Positions 11,497 to 25,200 of a stretch of DNA of 64,000 bases are shown here, piece after piece (positions within the stretch are counted from its first letter, which is position 1; every line of letters begins with the position of its first letter). Origin of the DNA: Phoronis australis (lineage: Eukaryota > Animalia > Phoronida); contig NMRA01000478.1 in assembly GCA_002633005.1 (NCBI GenBank), forward strand, positions 253,594 to 317,593. The letters are read 5' to 3'. The notes beneath the pieces were generated by a model that had not been told where the DNA came from, searched no databases, and worked only from the letters and a program-made list of their open reading frames with translations. Position numbers and translations under genes: made by a program.

Positions 11497-12718
11497 GTAA
11501 ACAAGGTTCACAGCTACCGCCATCGTTCATTCAACAAGCAATGGCAATAAGGTGCGAAGTTATGAGTATTTGATGAATTGGCGACAGTATACTGTTAGTA
11601 TATTAATATAATCGACTGTGGGCCAATGGCCCTATGAGTTTGAAATCAACGTTTTCCTTTCTTTCTTTCTTTGTAATAATTGCTGACAATCAGCATCAGG
11701 GTAATTTGTAGAGCAACGTCGGACTGTTTTGATAAAAGGTTTATCGAAAATTGACAACGGGATATCTCTAATTCCTGTTTTTAAGCACAAGATTTGTGAC
11801 ATAATATTCAAGTATTGTCTTATAATTGCCGGAATTCCTGATGTAGCGATTATTCGAGCAAGCAGCGAATAAAAATAAGAAGCTAAAACTTTGCGAAGTG
11901 ATTTAGATTTGAAAATTTTGCAGTGGTGGGAAAGAATTGCGCCAATACTGCGCAGAATTTTATAGCCTACATTTGTTGTACCTAAGACGAGGTAACTGAA
12001 TCTCGCATCACAAATGGGTCACCTGGGCTGCGTTGCGTAGACTCAAGAAAATCTCGTAACAGCAAGACCATGCAAAATCATGCCAAGTGTTTCGGTAATA
12101 AGATCGAGGCCTTAATCGTATACATTAGCAAAATGGTCGCCTCTAAAGTGAATAGTCACTGAAGATGCAATGTTGGATAGGATTCAGCGTTTCCGCTCCA
12201 CAAGGGGAGATTTCTCGAGTACTTTGCATGTGAAGTACGGCGTTTTATGTTGATAGCCATTTTGACGAGCCCAAATCGAAGTGCGAGTGGCCGTCATTCT
12301 TGCTTTTGAGTGGACATTTTTAAAATCATGACGAATAAAACACTTTAAAGATTACCAACAAAATGCGTTTCTTTTGTTATACATTGGGGGAAATTGCAAA
12401 TCCCCCCTCCCATTTTTCTTAACCGAACCCAAAGGAGGGTCCCATTTAAAGATTCGAAATATGAAAACTAGTCACAAAATAGATCGCGAACTGCATTTAT
12501 GTTGACGTTCACGTCGGCAAACATGTCCTTCCCGATTCTGACCTTGTAATAGTGCCAGATCGCATGATGAGTAGTTTTAGCTTAAGCAAAAACAACAGTT
12601 GTAGGGGGCCTAGGGAATTTATCAAAACGAAGAGAAGTATTTGTTAGATTTTGTTCGCCTAAAGAAATATTCTATCTTTAGCATGCAAGATATACCTACT
12701 CATTTTACCATAACGTAG

Positions 12719-12978
12719 AATTGTCGTGAGGACTTGACAGGGACCTCAGGGGTCTCGCACCCCACTGATTTATCCACATTATTTTGATAACGCTTTGTCA
12801 AGTCACACATCGTGTGTCATAAAAGAGATAAGCAAACCTGCAGCTGACGCAGCAAGTAGAACTATTCTCGTTTATCACATTGGTGTAGACTCACAGTTGA
12901 ACTGTGGTTTTCTGTTGACCCCAGACCGTCCTGAGTTGCACCACATATACCAACTCCGGACGGTCTCTCACGACAATT
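12719..12978. mobile_element. MITE-like element with 12 bp TIR and subterminal hairpin
   Basis: aattgtcgtgag ... ctcacgacaatt, with an internal stem agaccgtcctgagttg / caactccggacggtct at 12923-12966. Confidence 0.55.
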
Positions 12979-14149
12979 TAGCGTTATGCAGAGTCTGAAA
13001 GAGTCTTCATTAGGGTCAGGTGGGGCTACATGTATGATGCGTATTTTCGTATGGAACTAGCAACCTCAGAGGTAATATAATGCTAATAATAGTGATGGTG
13101 ATGAAAATAGTAATGATTATAACAATAAATTTATTGTGCAGAGAAGTAAAGGACAAACATAAAACACGAGACAAAAATAAAAGTACATTCCAAGTGCAAG
13201 TCGCGAAAAATATAAAAAGTCTGCATTTCTTTTTATACAGGAACTTTGAATTTGAAATTTTACGAAAAAAATCCGATCACATGAGTATTTTTTGTTACTA
13301 GACATCCTTATTGCTAAGAAGTTTAAATTGGGATTAGCTGTGCATGGTCCTAACAATGGCGACCCAGGATTTTATATTATTCCCTTCTCGGTACTAGACT
13401 CTTGATTTGTGGCTCCTTAATCCTCATGCGAGGTCGGAAATTTTAAATACTGCTTCACACTTTGACCTCACGGACCCTTGGAGACACAGCAATCGAAACA
13501 AAAAACTTTACTAGTCTTTTTGTTTACATCTGAAAAAGTTGGTAACATCTTGGATTATTCTAAGATTGAACTTGGATTCAGAACTGAACACTCTATTAGA
13601 ATATTAAATTTCACCCGTGGTCCTGGATTTGGAAATTCGTGAACTCTGTATTCCTTAATACAGAATCTATATGCTGCATTAGTGAAAAAAAGTTATTCGC
13701 TATACTACGAAAATGCACAGCACTTCCAAATGACGACTTGCACGTCCAACTTGACGACTCTTTATGTTTTGAAGTGCTTCTTTTAAAAATACGGTCGGAA
13801 ACTGCATGAGAGTATGCACTTTGAAGTTCTAGTAGGAACTGTACTCGCACTTGGCTTACTGCAATTGGTCAGGAAAGTGCTAAGTGAAGTGCATGGTTTT
13901 TATTCCAATGCAAAATCAAAAGAAAAACACCTTCACGTAGGAAAGGGAAACTATTTGGGGTGAAGTGTTGTCTGGTATAAGTTCATGTAATTATGTTCAA
14001 CTTTTCTCGTTTCATGACATGTTTCTTTGTCGCCGGTTATGTCCTTTTGAAGGGACATGCTAAGTTTGTTGACTATCGGAAAAGGTATTTTGGTTTTCAT
14101 TTATAGGGTGATTAACTTATTGACGTTATTAGCTTTGATCGCAGCGATA

Positions 14150-16281
14150 AATGCAAAAAACGTCACTAGTTGGCACCACCGTAGTTAGACTAGTTTGAAA
14201 ATCCACGCCAGTCATGTTCTTGTCAGTAAGATCACATCTGCCGATTTTCATAAGGATCCTCTACGCGATTTGGCAGATACAGAAGCAAACGAAAAAAGCT
14301 GACTAAAAATAATTAAAATTGCCACCAGTTGATACTGAATACGTCGAATCCATCAAAAAGGAAAAGGCACTGTTGTCTTCATAATAGAAATTTGTTTGCC
14401 CAATTTCATGAAAAAGCATCAAGGAACTGTGAAATTACATTGGCAAAAGTAAAAAAATAAAATTGCCACAAGGGAGCACGGCTGTAATTGGATTGATCTG
14501 AAACTGACAGTCATCTGGATCCCATCTCCATATAGAAAGTTAACACTTCTGTTAAATTTCAGAAAGATCTTGCAAAGGGTAAAGAAGATACAGCCGTGGA
14601 CGCAAAAAATAAAATTGCCACGGGGGGGGGGCTAAGTAGTTGATTATGTCCGAAAACCAACGTCATCCGCGGCAGTCTTCCGATCAGGAACACATCTCCA
14701 TATTCTAACCATTATTCATTACCCTTCAAGCAATTTGGTGAATGGAGGGGATGATGTCAAAAACGCACTCACAAGTTTTTAAAATGGACACCTAGTGGCG
14801 CAGAATGCGTCAAATCCGCCCGAAAACGAGAAGACGTCGTCTTCTTAATATAAACCTAATCGCAAAATTTCATGATAATAAAAACGGCCGCTATACATTT
14901 AACCTATCCGAAAACGGAACCTGTCGATTCTTTAATAGAAACTTATTTATTAAATTGCACAAAGGATTTTCAAAGATACAAAATACAACGCAAAAAGCAA
15001 CTACAGGGCACAGCAGTAGACGGATCATTCCCAATGTCGATATTGTCCGTTGACAACTACATATAAATACACTAGCCAAATTTAATAAATATCCTGCTGA
15101 AGGTTTGGGAGATACAGCCACAGACGCATAAAAACTGCTACCAGGAGGCGCCACAATGGTCGAAGCCGTCTGAATATCAACGTCAACCGTCTTCTTCAAA
15201 GTAGGAACATATGCCAATTTTCACAATCATCCTTAGAGCTTGGTTGATAGGAGGGCGGATGCGAAAAACAGACTAGAAAACAATAAAAAACGGCCACTAC
15301 GTGGCAAAAATACGTCGAATCCATCCAAAAACAGGAACACGACATCGTTTCTTTAAAAGAAACAAATTTCCTCAAAACTACGTCAAGGAATTACAAAGAA
15401 CGGAGGAAAACGGAAAACGTGAAAATGCCACTAGGAGCACAGCGTTCGTCAGATCCGTCTGAAAGTCGTCGTCGTCCGTTGTCAACTTGATATAAATACA
15501 CTTGCGCAAATCTATGACCCTGCGGTGGGTTTAGGAAATACAGGTATGGGCGCAAAAAACAACTGTCACTAGGAGGTCCCACAGTAGTCAAAGACGTCGG
15601 AAAATCGTCGTCAACTGTACTCTTCAGAACAAGAACATATATGGCAATTTTCACCATCAGTGGTTTGCCAATTCGTTGATAGGGGGGCAGACGCAAAACG
15701 ACTCAAAAACAGTAAAAATGACCATTAAGTGGCGCAAAATACTTCAAATCCACCAGGCAAAGGTAGGATATCCTGCATAGGATTTGGGAGATGTAGCCAT
15801 AGGCGTGAAAAAAAAACCGCCAGTACGAGGCGCCACTGTGACAGTTGTCGAAGTCATCAGAAATTCATCGCCGTCCTTTTCACAGTAATAACATATATGC
15901 CAATTTTCACAATCATGCTTGGAGTGGTTTGGTTGATGGAGACAGACTCGAAAACAATAAAAATGGCCACTAGGTGGCGAAAAATACTTCGAATTCATCT
16001 GAAAACGGGAGGATAGCATAATCTCAATAACAGATGCTTATTTGCATGCCAAATTTTAGGAAATCCGTTGCGGACCTCCGAAGATTACCGATGTAAATGT
16101 ACAAAAAATAAAATTACCACTAGGGAGCATACCAGTAGTCGTTCAAGTCTGAAAAACTCGCTCATGCTGCAAAATTTCATGAACATGCATCGAAAGGTTT
16201 TGGAGATAGAGCAGTGGGATGCCGGACGAGGAAGACAGCATAATGCACCCATATTTAAATAATTATATGGGCGTATAAAAA
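14150..16281 (+). mobile_element. Helentron/HINE (DINE-1/pearl-like) non-autonomous element with central degenerate tandem array of ~140-155 bp subunits (ABC trimer)
   Basis: Recurring subunit motifs (aaattgccac...ggag, atgccaattttca, ggtttnggagatacagc, gacgcaaaaa). The 3' end is a stem-loop (atgcacccatat/atatgggcgtat, 16243-16276) followed by an A-run, the usual HINE-type terminus. The 5' boundary is approximate. Confidence 0.7.
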
Positions 16282-19248
16282 TAACCCTCGGTGACTGCAT
16301 TAGGTGGTTCATTGAGAATGAGTTTGAACCTCCATTTTACTAGGCGGTAACTGTTTGTTGCGTCTTTCACAAGGGAGTCTCCGATGTACATCTCCCTAAA
16401 ACGTCTCCGTATGTGATGTGGGGACTCGCAGTAGCGTCGCTCAGACTTGCGATTTTGAATAAGTCAAATCATTCTTCCTACAAATGTTTTCTTCTCAAAA
16501 CAGCCGAGAGGTGTCGTCGAAGTTGTGAGCGTCAGGAAGTACGAACGATCGTAACAACTCCGCAGACGATTGATAATTCCTAAATATATTGAAGATGACC
16601 GTCACACTAGTGTTGTAAAATTGTCCTAAAAATAACATTTGCTCAGCGCAGCCCAAAATTTGCTAACTGATCGCAAATTACAAATTCAAATGAATTCAAG
16701 TAAAAATTGTTGGCAATTCCAAGTAAACGAATCTTCCAGATTTTCCCCACATAATTTTAGTGAAACTTCAAACATTATGGTGCTAACAATGTGTGAAACT
16801 GGCACACATTGGTGCCACACTCAATTCATGTGACAACTGACAACCTTAATCCTCTTGATGTAAATGTAGATTAGATACCAGACATTCGTGTAATCGACTG
16901 TTGGTTTAATCTCACAACCTAGCTAAAGCAATCAGCTAAATGCTGTAACAGTCAACTGAGAGAGGTTTATTTCGTGTTGCAAGAACAATTCAGGGCATTC
17001 CAGCGAGGCCGCATGACACTGTGACATTCGTCGCTTTCCAGGAAAAGTTTCAAGTTATCTCATTTGTCACTGTACTCATTGCACAGATAAAAGATGTACA
17101 TGAGAATGCAAACGAAGTCAACACAGAAACTGAAGACAAATAATCTCAAATGGCAAAGGGGCAGTGGGCTACCCTTTACTGGGACGACTCATATGCTGTT
17201 TTCAATAATTCAAAGCATAGCCAAGCAACAAATGTATGCACACGTGACCAATTTGCAAAGATGACACCTGAGTCAACGGTACAAATCACAAAGTAAAAAT
17301 GCACCAGAGGCACACGTCGCACTCATTGGTGCACACACGTGCACCTACAGAGGCACAAGGTGTACTTACAGGGGCTTACAGTACACTTACCAAGTTATGC
17401 ACTGCACGCCGTACCACATATGGTACAATTGGCGAGCCACATGGTACATTTGGTCAGGCAGAAAATGCACATACTGAGGGACACAGTACGCATACCCAGG
17501 ACACCATGTACTGAATGTTAGATTTAGGCTTATGAGCCTATAAAGAAAATAATGTTTTCCATAGAAATTTCTTGGTCAATTTTTTCATACCTAGGCCTTT
17601 CCTATAGAAAGGTGCACTTGTTTATATGTGGCAAGCCTTAAAAAGCATGTTTTTGTGCATCCTTAGTCCAGTCATAAGCTTATTCAGGAAGTTGCCAGTT
17701 TTTTCACAAGGCCCATGTACATAATTGTGGATACAGTCACATGTTCATGTACAGGGGCATGAGCCTAATAGGTGCTTATACTATAAACAGCAATGATGAT
17801 GGAATCGTTTTGATCATTCATTTCTCAGTTACAGCCAAGCTAAGTGTGCCTAGTTCATCGTGTTTGCACACCAATAACCTCCCATTCCCCAAGTCCCAAG
17901 CCAACTCTTCTGTATCCAGATTGTTTTAGCTAAAGTGAACTTTGATTGCACAGAACATTCTGGGACTTTTGTTGTAACGTGGTTTGCTTCATCATCTAAT
18001 GTACATGTAATAACAAAGATGCAGTCAGTTAGACTATAGCCACAGACACGTTGCACTCCCCAGACCATAATTGTCACTGCCAGGGGTCCCACGTTTTAAG
18101 AACCAGTTGTCTCCACAGAATAACGGGCAGCAAGCCGGTCCTCAAAATACGGGAATCCTGTAAGTCATAATTGTCCCTTAGAAATTAAATTCTTAAATTA
18201 TGTCATGTTTGGGAGTGGTTTTGAGAAATACATTGAAAACAAGCTCAATAAATCTGGTTTGCTTGTACTTGAGAGAATAAAGGGAATCAGAAAAGCTCAC
18301 TAGTTTGGTGATAGATTCACTTTTCTACAAAATGGCAGATCCCTGTAACAGCGTTGCATTGCTGCGCAGTGACTGAGGAATCTACTGTGATTTCAGATAG
18401 CTGAAACAATCCAAAATTACAAAAAAGCATGTGTGGATGACAGCACTTTTGAACTTCACTTGTGGAATCTGCAGTATGTTTGCTATCAGAATCTGGCGTT
18501 GGTTTGTGTCAAGCATTGCCAAGGAAGTGGTGGTTTTGAGCTGAAAAGGGTTAAGGCAAAATACCGAAACTTAAAATGTGTATGGGTCATCATCAGACAT
18601 GCTATGTAAGGTTCTCCTCAAAATGGTTCACCTCAGGTCATATCAATTACACCGGTAACAGGAAAACTGTTTGTGAGTCATGTATATTTTAACAGTGAAC
18701 TGGAGTACTCATTATAAATCCAGCAAAAATTGGAACTTTACTGACTATAGGTCAGTCTTGATGCTTCAAAAACGAATTATAGATACTGGTTTAGAATAAA
18801 GACAAATCCAGCCAATGATATCATAAGAACAAAAAGAAACAATGTTTCAGTGAAGCCAGACAAGGTTGACTTGGTAACACGAGCCAACCAAGCATGATGC
18901 AGACTCCACTTTCACCACAGAAATCTGGGTGGAGTTGAGATGTGTGCGAAATCAAAGAAATCTCACCAGCTATGTCCACTGGCTGGGTTTTCAAATTCGA
19001 CATATACGCCTGATATTTTTTGTGACCTCTTTTCTGAGCCTGGATTCCATTTCATTAAAAGTAAGAAAGCTAAAAACAGGAGACAGAAAAACTATCTACA
19101 GCGCTTTTGAAGTGAAATCACTCACAACTTCTGATGATGCATTTGTTGACAGAGTCAAGGAAAGGCCACAAGCCCAGTGAGGTACACAACATCTGGCAAA
19201 AACAAAAGAGAATTGTACAGTGCCCCAAAATCAACTGTAGAAGGTACT

Positions 19249-22200
19249 TCAGTCCGTGTATCCATACAAGCTACTCTCCGCCAAAGCTCGGTTTGGATCT
19301 TGCGATTTTCTTCTTGGCCGTCGCCCAATGGGCTCCAAGTCATTGTAACATTTATCAAACACTTTGTCTATAGCCACCATTCCTTCCTCCTTAGATACAT
19401 TGCGAACAGTTAATATCGACATTAAAGCCTTCCTTTTCACACAGTCCTACAACAGGAGATTGATATCCAATCAACAGCAGTCCACCTGATGAGGAAATTT
19501 GAGGATCTTCATCATAGGTTTTTCATTATGGAATAGAAACAACAGCAGAGATTTCATGTGAGCCACTGCACTCCTAGTAGATAATTCAGTGGCATAGCTA
19601 TAGATAGTGGAGACAGGCAGACAAATTACCTTTCACCCAAGCAGCCATAACCCCAGATACATATATGCCACATAAGCAGTCCAGATAAAAATTCTAGATT
19701 TTCTAAAAATTTAGTGAGCAAAAATTTATCCAGAGCCCCCAAGAACTTATCCCTGCAGTCGTAGTTCAAGTCAAAAATTGACAAACTTTATGGTACCTTT
19801 TGAGTAAACTTTCAAATCTCTACTCAAATCATAAAGCATACGTGATTTAATTTTTGAGTAAGATTAGACCCTAAGTTCAGGACTAGGTTTGGGAAAAACT
19901 TCAGAGCTCACCCGCATAAGCATAGTTGAACATACGTGATGCTATGATGTCACTGCTGTTATCCAGATTGTTTAGGTTAGGTAATTGAGGCTAGAACAGT
20001 CACACTGTTTAAAACCAAAATTAGGGCATTATTGGTTTACTGTATTTTAATGTGCTTAAAATGCGCATAGTGTACATTCCTTGCACACATGTATAACTGT
20101 CGAATATCAAGAGCATAATTTTGTCAAACTTTCAGTCCTGGAGACTTAGCACATCCTTTCTCTCATAGTTTCCTTTCTAATGACCAATGCGTCTTCACTA
20201 AACACCAATAGTACATACCGGGTAGTTGAACTCTAGAATTCAATATCAAAAAATTGTGTCTGTGCATTTTTTGACAAAAATAGAATGTTTAGAATGGTTT
20301 CGAAGATTGTTCAACTCAACACTGGAATAAAAACACCCAAAATAGCCCATTAACTAGACGGTGCATTTTCAGTAAAAATCTAATTCATAAAAGTGACTGT
20401 TGGTCATTTTGAAAGAAATACCCAAATTTCTTAAAGGAACACTATCGACAAGAAAATTACTTGTCAAAGATCATTGGAATCCAACCTGCACCCCTTGTGG
20501 TCACATTTTAACAATCAGCTGGTAAAGTTACTGGGATTGAATGCCTTTGGGCAGACAAAGGCTAAATTGGTGATTTGTAATAAAATCCCAAAACACAAGG
20601 GATTTTGTTGCTTTCAAGCTCAGGTAAAACCTAATAACCCAAAAACGACCATCCCATTCAGCACCCAGAAACAGTCCCACCACATCACATAACAAACCTG
20701 ATGCCTCTCCTTAATCCCCGGGGTCAGAAATCCCGCATCTCCCTCCACCCAGGCGGCCAGTAACGAGCAGTGCATGAAGTTAGCAGCGCGGATCTGCAAG
20801 TGAGAAACATTGGAGAGATGGAATTAATAACAATATTACAGTTCAGGGCTTTACAAATATCATCATACGCACGTATATAACCAGCAATTGCACTCAATGA
20901 CTTGGCACTGGAACTTTCATTTAATCCATCATTAAAGGGGAAGGCAACTGTTTTCAGAATCATTGTGGGCTAATGTGTTTTAAACCACTATTGACCTAGT
21001 TTTTACAAGTGACAACACTGTCAGAAACAACAGACCTTTTTTATAGCACTGCGTATCCAATCGCGAATTGAATACCCAAAAATTCAAAATGGAAGAAAAT
21101 CGACTTCACTTGAAAGTTTCTCAGCTCCACAGACATGAGTGTAACGTATGAACATTCGCAGTGCCAGTGTGTCCACAACACACCAGTTTCTTGCATAAAC
21201 TTGTGCCATATCCGCACTTCTCCGATGTACCACGCGAAAGTGAATGGAGTCACATCGTGGTCAAATACTAAGTTGTCACAACCACTACAAACACAACGCC
21301 TAACCATCCCTTATGGGAAAAAGAGCAGCAATATCTGACAACTTTTCACACTAAACATAATGGAAGTTGACTAGTGCTGCGATACGTTGTTCTCATTTTA
21401 GGTAGTATGAATCGACCAATAAATGCTCGTAACACGAGATCAGATATTGTTTTCGGATGTTGTCATTTCACAGCTGAACGACTAGTGGGATTACTTTTTG
21501 GTGTTTTGATGTAACATTGGTGATGTGAAGTACTTTAAAAAAAATTTTTCTTGTTATATACTAGACACATTTCCAAGTACATGCTAAATTTTATGAAGTT
21601 CCATCAAGCATCTTCAAGTTGATAGACATCAAGCCACAAGCCAAAAAATGAAATTGCCAAATTGTGCCAGAGTACTCATATCCGTCCACAATTATCATAT
21701 TACCTACTCTTCTCAGTAGGAACACATTGCGATACTTTGAGTGGTTTGCCTGATAGAGAGTTGGATGCGAAAATTAAAATAATAATTGGATACTAGGTGG
21801 TTTAGAACATGATAAATCCATTCAAAGATGGGATGGCATCATCAGCTCCTAAGTAGAAACCTACCAATATGCCAAACTTCATGAAAATCACCAAGGAACT
21901 CTGAAGATACAGAGGAAAGCGTAAAAACAATAAAACAGCCACTAGGGGTCACAGCAGTGGTTGGGTCCGTCTGAAGGTTGTAGTCATCCGTAGTTGCATT
22001 CACTACTAAATTTTACAAAGATCCTGTAAGGGGTTTAAGAGATACTAATGAGGACGCAAAAAACAACCACTATGAGGTACCTGAGTAGTCAGAGCCACCA
22101 AAAAATTAACATCAACTACACTGTTTTCAGAATGAAAACATCAGTCTGACAACTTTCAAAATGATTCTTTGAGCAGCTTTACAGATAAGGTCCAAAAACA

Positions 22201-25200
22201 TATTTGATTTTGTTTTGTTTTTTGAAGTTTGGGTTGGTGATGAAGTATTTTTTAACATTTTAAACCTGCAACTTTGTACAATTTCAAAAAATAAGAGACC
22301 TCGGGCGAAATTAATGTTGGCTACAGTTTTTTTTGATCACTGAGCACAGGTCTCAAAGCGAGTCAGAGTTACAGACAAAAACCAATTAAGCTTTTTAAGC
22401 CTAGAGGTAGAACATACTCTATTATGCAACTACTTTTGACTTATGAAAAAAGACATTTATAAAATGTAACAGAAAATCAAAATGCAACTTACTTACCTCA
22501 GTGCATGCTAGATGCTCAAGATTATCAAACTGCAGCTTAGCACGGCAAAAATCGAAGGCATGCACAAATTCGTGTGACAGTACATTGCAGCAAGTTCTCC
22601 TAGATGAAGCTCTATTACTGCAGACAACTGCCTACGGAAAGTGAGAAAATTGAGATGAGATCAGAGGGACGACAATATATAGAGTGCATCCTAATTGCCC
22701 AATGCATGTAATCCAGGCAAATAGTATTTGAATCATCTCAACCTTGTAATGTGTCGACATTAAAACAAATTCCATAGTAGTCCAAAATGCCTCCCCCCTC
22801 CCCACCCTCCCATTTCACAATTGCCCCACCCAATTCACCAATCATTTCACAATATCGCACCTCCTCACAATTTGCCAGTCTCCACTGGTTTCACCAATTT
22901 CATACTACCAATGTTTTGACACTGATACTTCTAATGACGCTGCACGCTGTGAAAATACAGATTGAATCTCTGGTTCAGGAATGTACATTTATATCTGGCT
23001 ATGAACTGAAGGGTGGTTAAGCCTTTATACCATAAGGTGCTCAAAAGTGACCACAGATATGAAGCTACCTGGATCAATTGACCCATGGACATGTTTGTTT
23101 TCTTCAGTCAATCCTTGATGTTGATAATCTAACATATAAAAGAATGTCAACAAGTGTAGCTCAAAAGAAGTTATGATTGCGAGGAATTTTTCATTCACAT
23201 GTAGTCCTGACCGACAGCGCGGTATTATAGCCAAGTTTTCTGTCAACAACAAGCTTAGATGTAGACCAGTCGCCATTACAAATTAAAGTGGTCTTCTCTT
23301 GTTCCTTGTTCAAGTTAGAAGTGATCTATAGGATAGGGAAGAACTAACAGTTGTGACCTGAAATTTTACGAAATGGGTCAAAATATTTATTTTCCACTGC
23401 AAGGTGAATATTGAGACCAGTTTCACAACTCTAAGGCCTAAACCAAAACTTCATATTTATAGTGAGATTAAACTATACTGTTATATACTTGCAGCTACTC
23501 AAAAAAACTCTCTAAATATCGCAAGCTTGAAAAAGTAATTTTCTGCAATGATTGTGAATATTACTTATTTGTTGAAAGATGAACCCCAATGATTCATCTA
23601 TTTGCGTAATTTTCATCTTTGACAATATTCTGATCCTCGAAGTGTTTCTAATGTATCCACACATGTATGTGACGTGTTGTTTTTGTACTGTATTGTGAAA
23701 TATTTTGTTCAAATAAATACATGTAAAAAAATTTTGACAGCAAGCATGCGTGGGTTTAATGGCACTTTAACATATGCAAGATTTATGGCAGAAAATGTCA
23801 ACATTTCAAAGAAAAATAAGTTTCCTTTAAGGTCATGTTGAACAAGCAATGGGCAATAGCAGTGTCAGGTCTCAGGCAAAACTCCAGGGTTGCACAACAC
23901 GGAACGGGCAGACTGGAAGATTTTACCGATGCCGGGTCCCCAAGAGTCATAATCAGTTGATTAGTGCAATGGGCCTGGCCTTGCAGCCTAAACACGCTTG
24001 ATGTACTGCAAGAGGCATCAGGCCACCTGCACTCCTTTTTATCATGAAACGATGAACTCACCAAAATCTGGTTGATGCACGGATCACCATGTGTCATAAG
24101 GTGGAGCAACTTACTTGGTTTGTGAGGGGATCGTAGCCACCTGTAACGTTACTTCGACATGGCTCACAGGACACGTGTCTTTTTAAATCAATATCACTGA
24201 AAAGAAGATGAGACCTTTTATTTAAAAATATATATAAAAAAGACTTAACCATAAGATCACATTAAGAAAACTTGACAACACGCCAATATCAGGACAAATA
24301 ATAAGACAAACTTACTTTAATTTTTAAACTGGCATATGTGGTGAAAAGTCGACAGACACAAAAAGTTCATGGCCTAACAGAATTTCAATAGACATCCAAA
24401 CGAGTCAAAACAACTTGACTGCATATTAGTCAGGTAAAGAAATCGAAGTCATGGCTAAGACGACACTTGAGCTCAGACAAAAATAGAATAGTGTCAGGAA
24501 AATTCTTGCTAATTACAAAGTTCTCACACCCTGGACAGCAAACTTTTGTTTAAAGCAAAAAGATTTTTTGTGATCTCATGTACTTACCAGCCATGGCTTT
24601 TCATAGCACCAATAAGTAATTTAACAATAGGGTCTGAAAAGAAAAGGTGTAACGTATTATTGTTACCACAAATACAGCGGTCATGAACCGGCCTTTGGTT
24701 ATCAAAAAATAACTTGATGAACTCACCTTACATTATATTGACAGATGATTCTCAAAAGACTTTACTAGTCAACACATAGTGACAAGATGATACTTCAAGA
24801 GAAACATCATAGTCATTCGGTAACCCTGTCAGGTTTACAAACCATTTGGGCAACCATAATTTTGAACGGGATCGACAGGACAGTCAGAATTAAAAAACAA
24901 TCAAAATTTTAAAACAGTGCTTGAAATGATGCCACTTTTTTAAATATTGTCAGCTGGTCGGCAGTTGTTCAAAAAGTTCAGCTATCAGTCATTTCGGAAA
25001 TAAGAAATTTGCTGCACCAAAAGTATTTTCTTAGCACATTTTTCAACATTCCGTGCACCCCGCAACACTGGTCCGACTTACCAGCAGCAGTGTTACACAT
25101 ATCAACAAACTTGAATGAAAATGCTTTTCATGACTGTTGGTTGTTGCCTGTGCATTTCTCACTTGGATGAATACTATTGGTTAGTGTTGGTGCATTTCAA

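Noticed and set aside
14150-16281. CRISPR-like repeat-spacer array or coding ORFs
   Set aside because: The context is eukaryotic, the units are ~150 bp degenerate monomers without unique spacers, no cas genes are present, and the short ORFs are repeat-derived.
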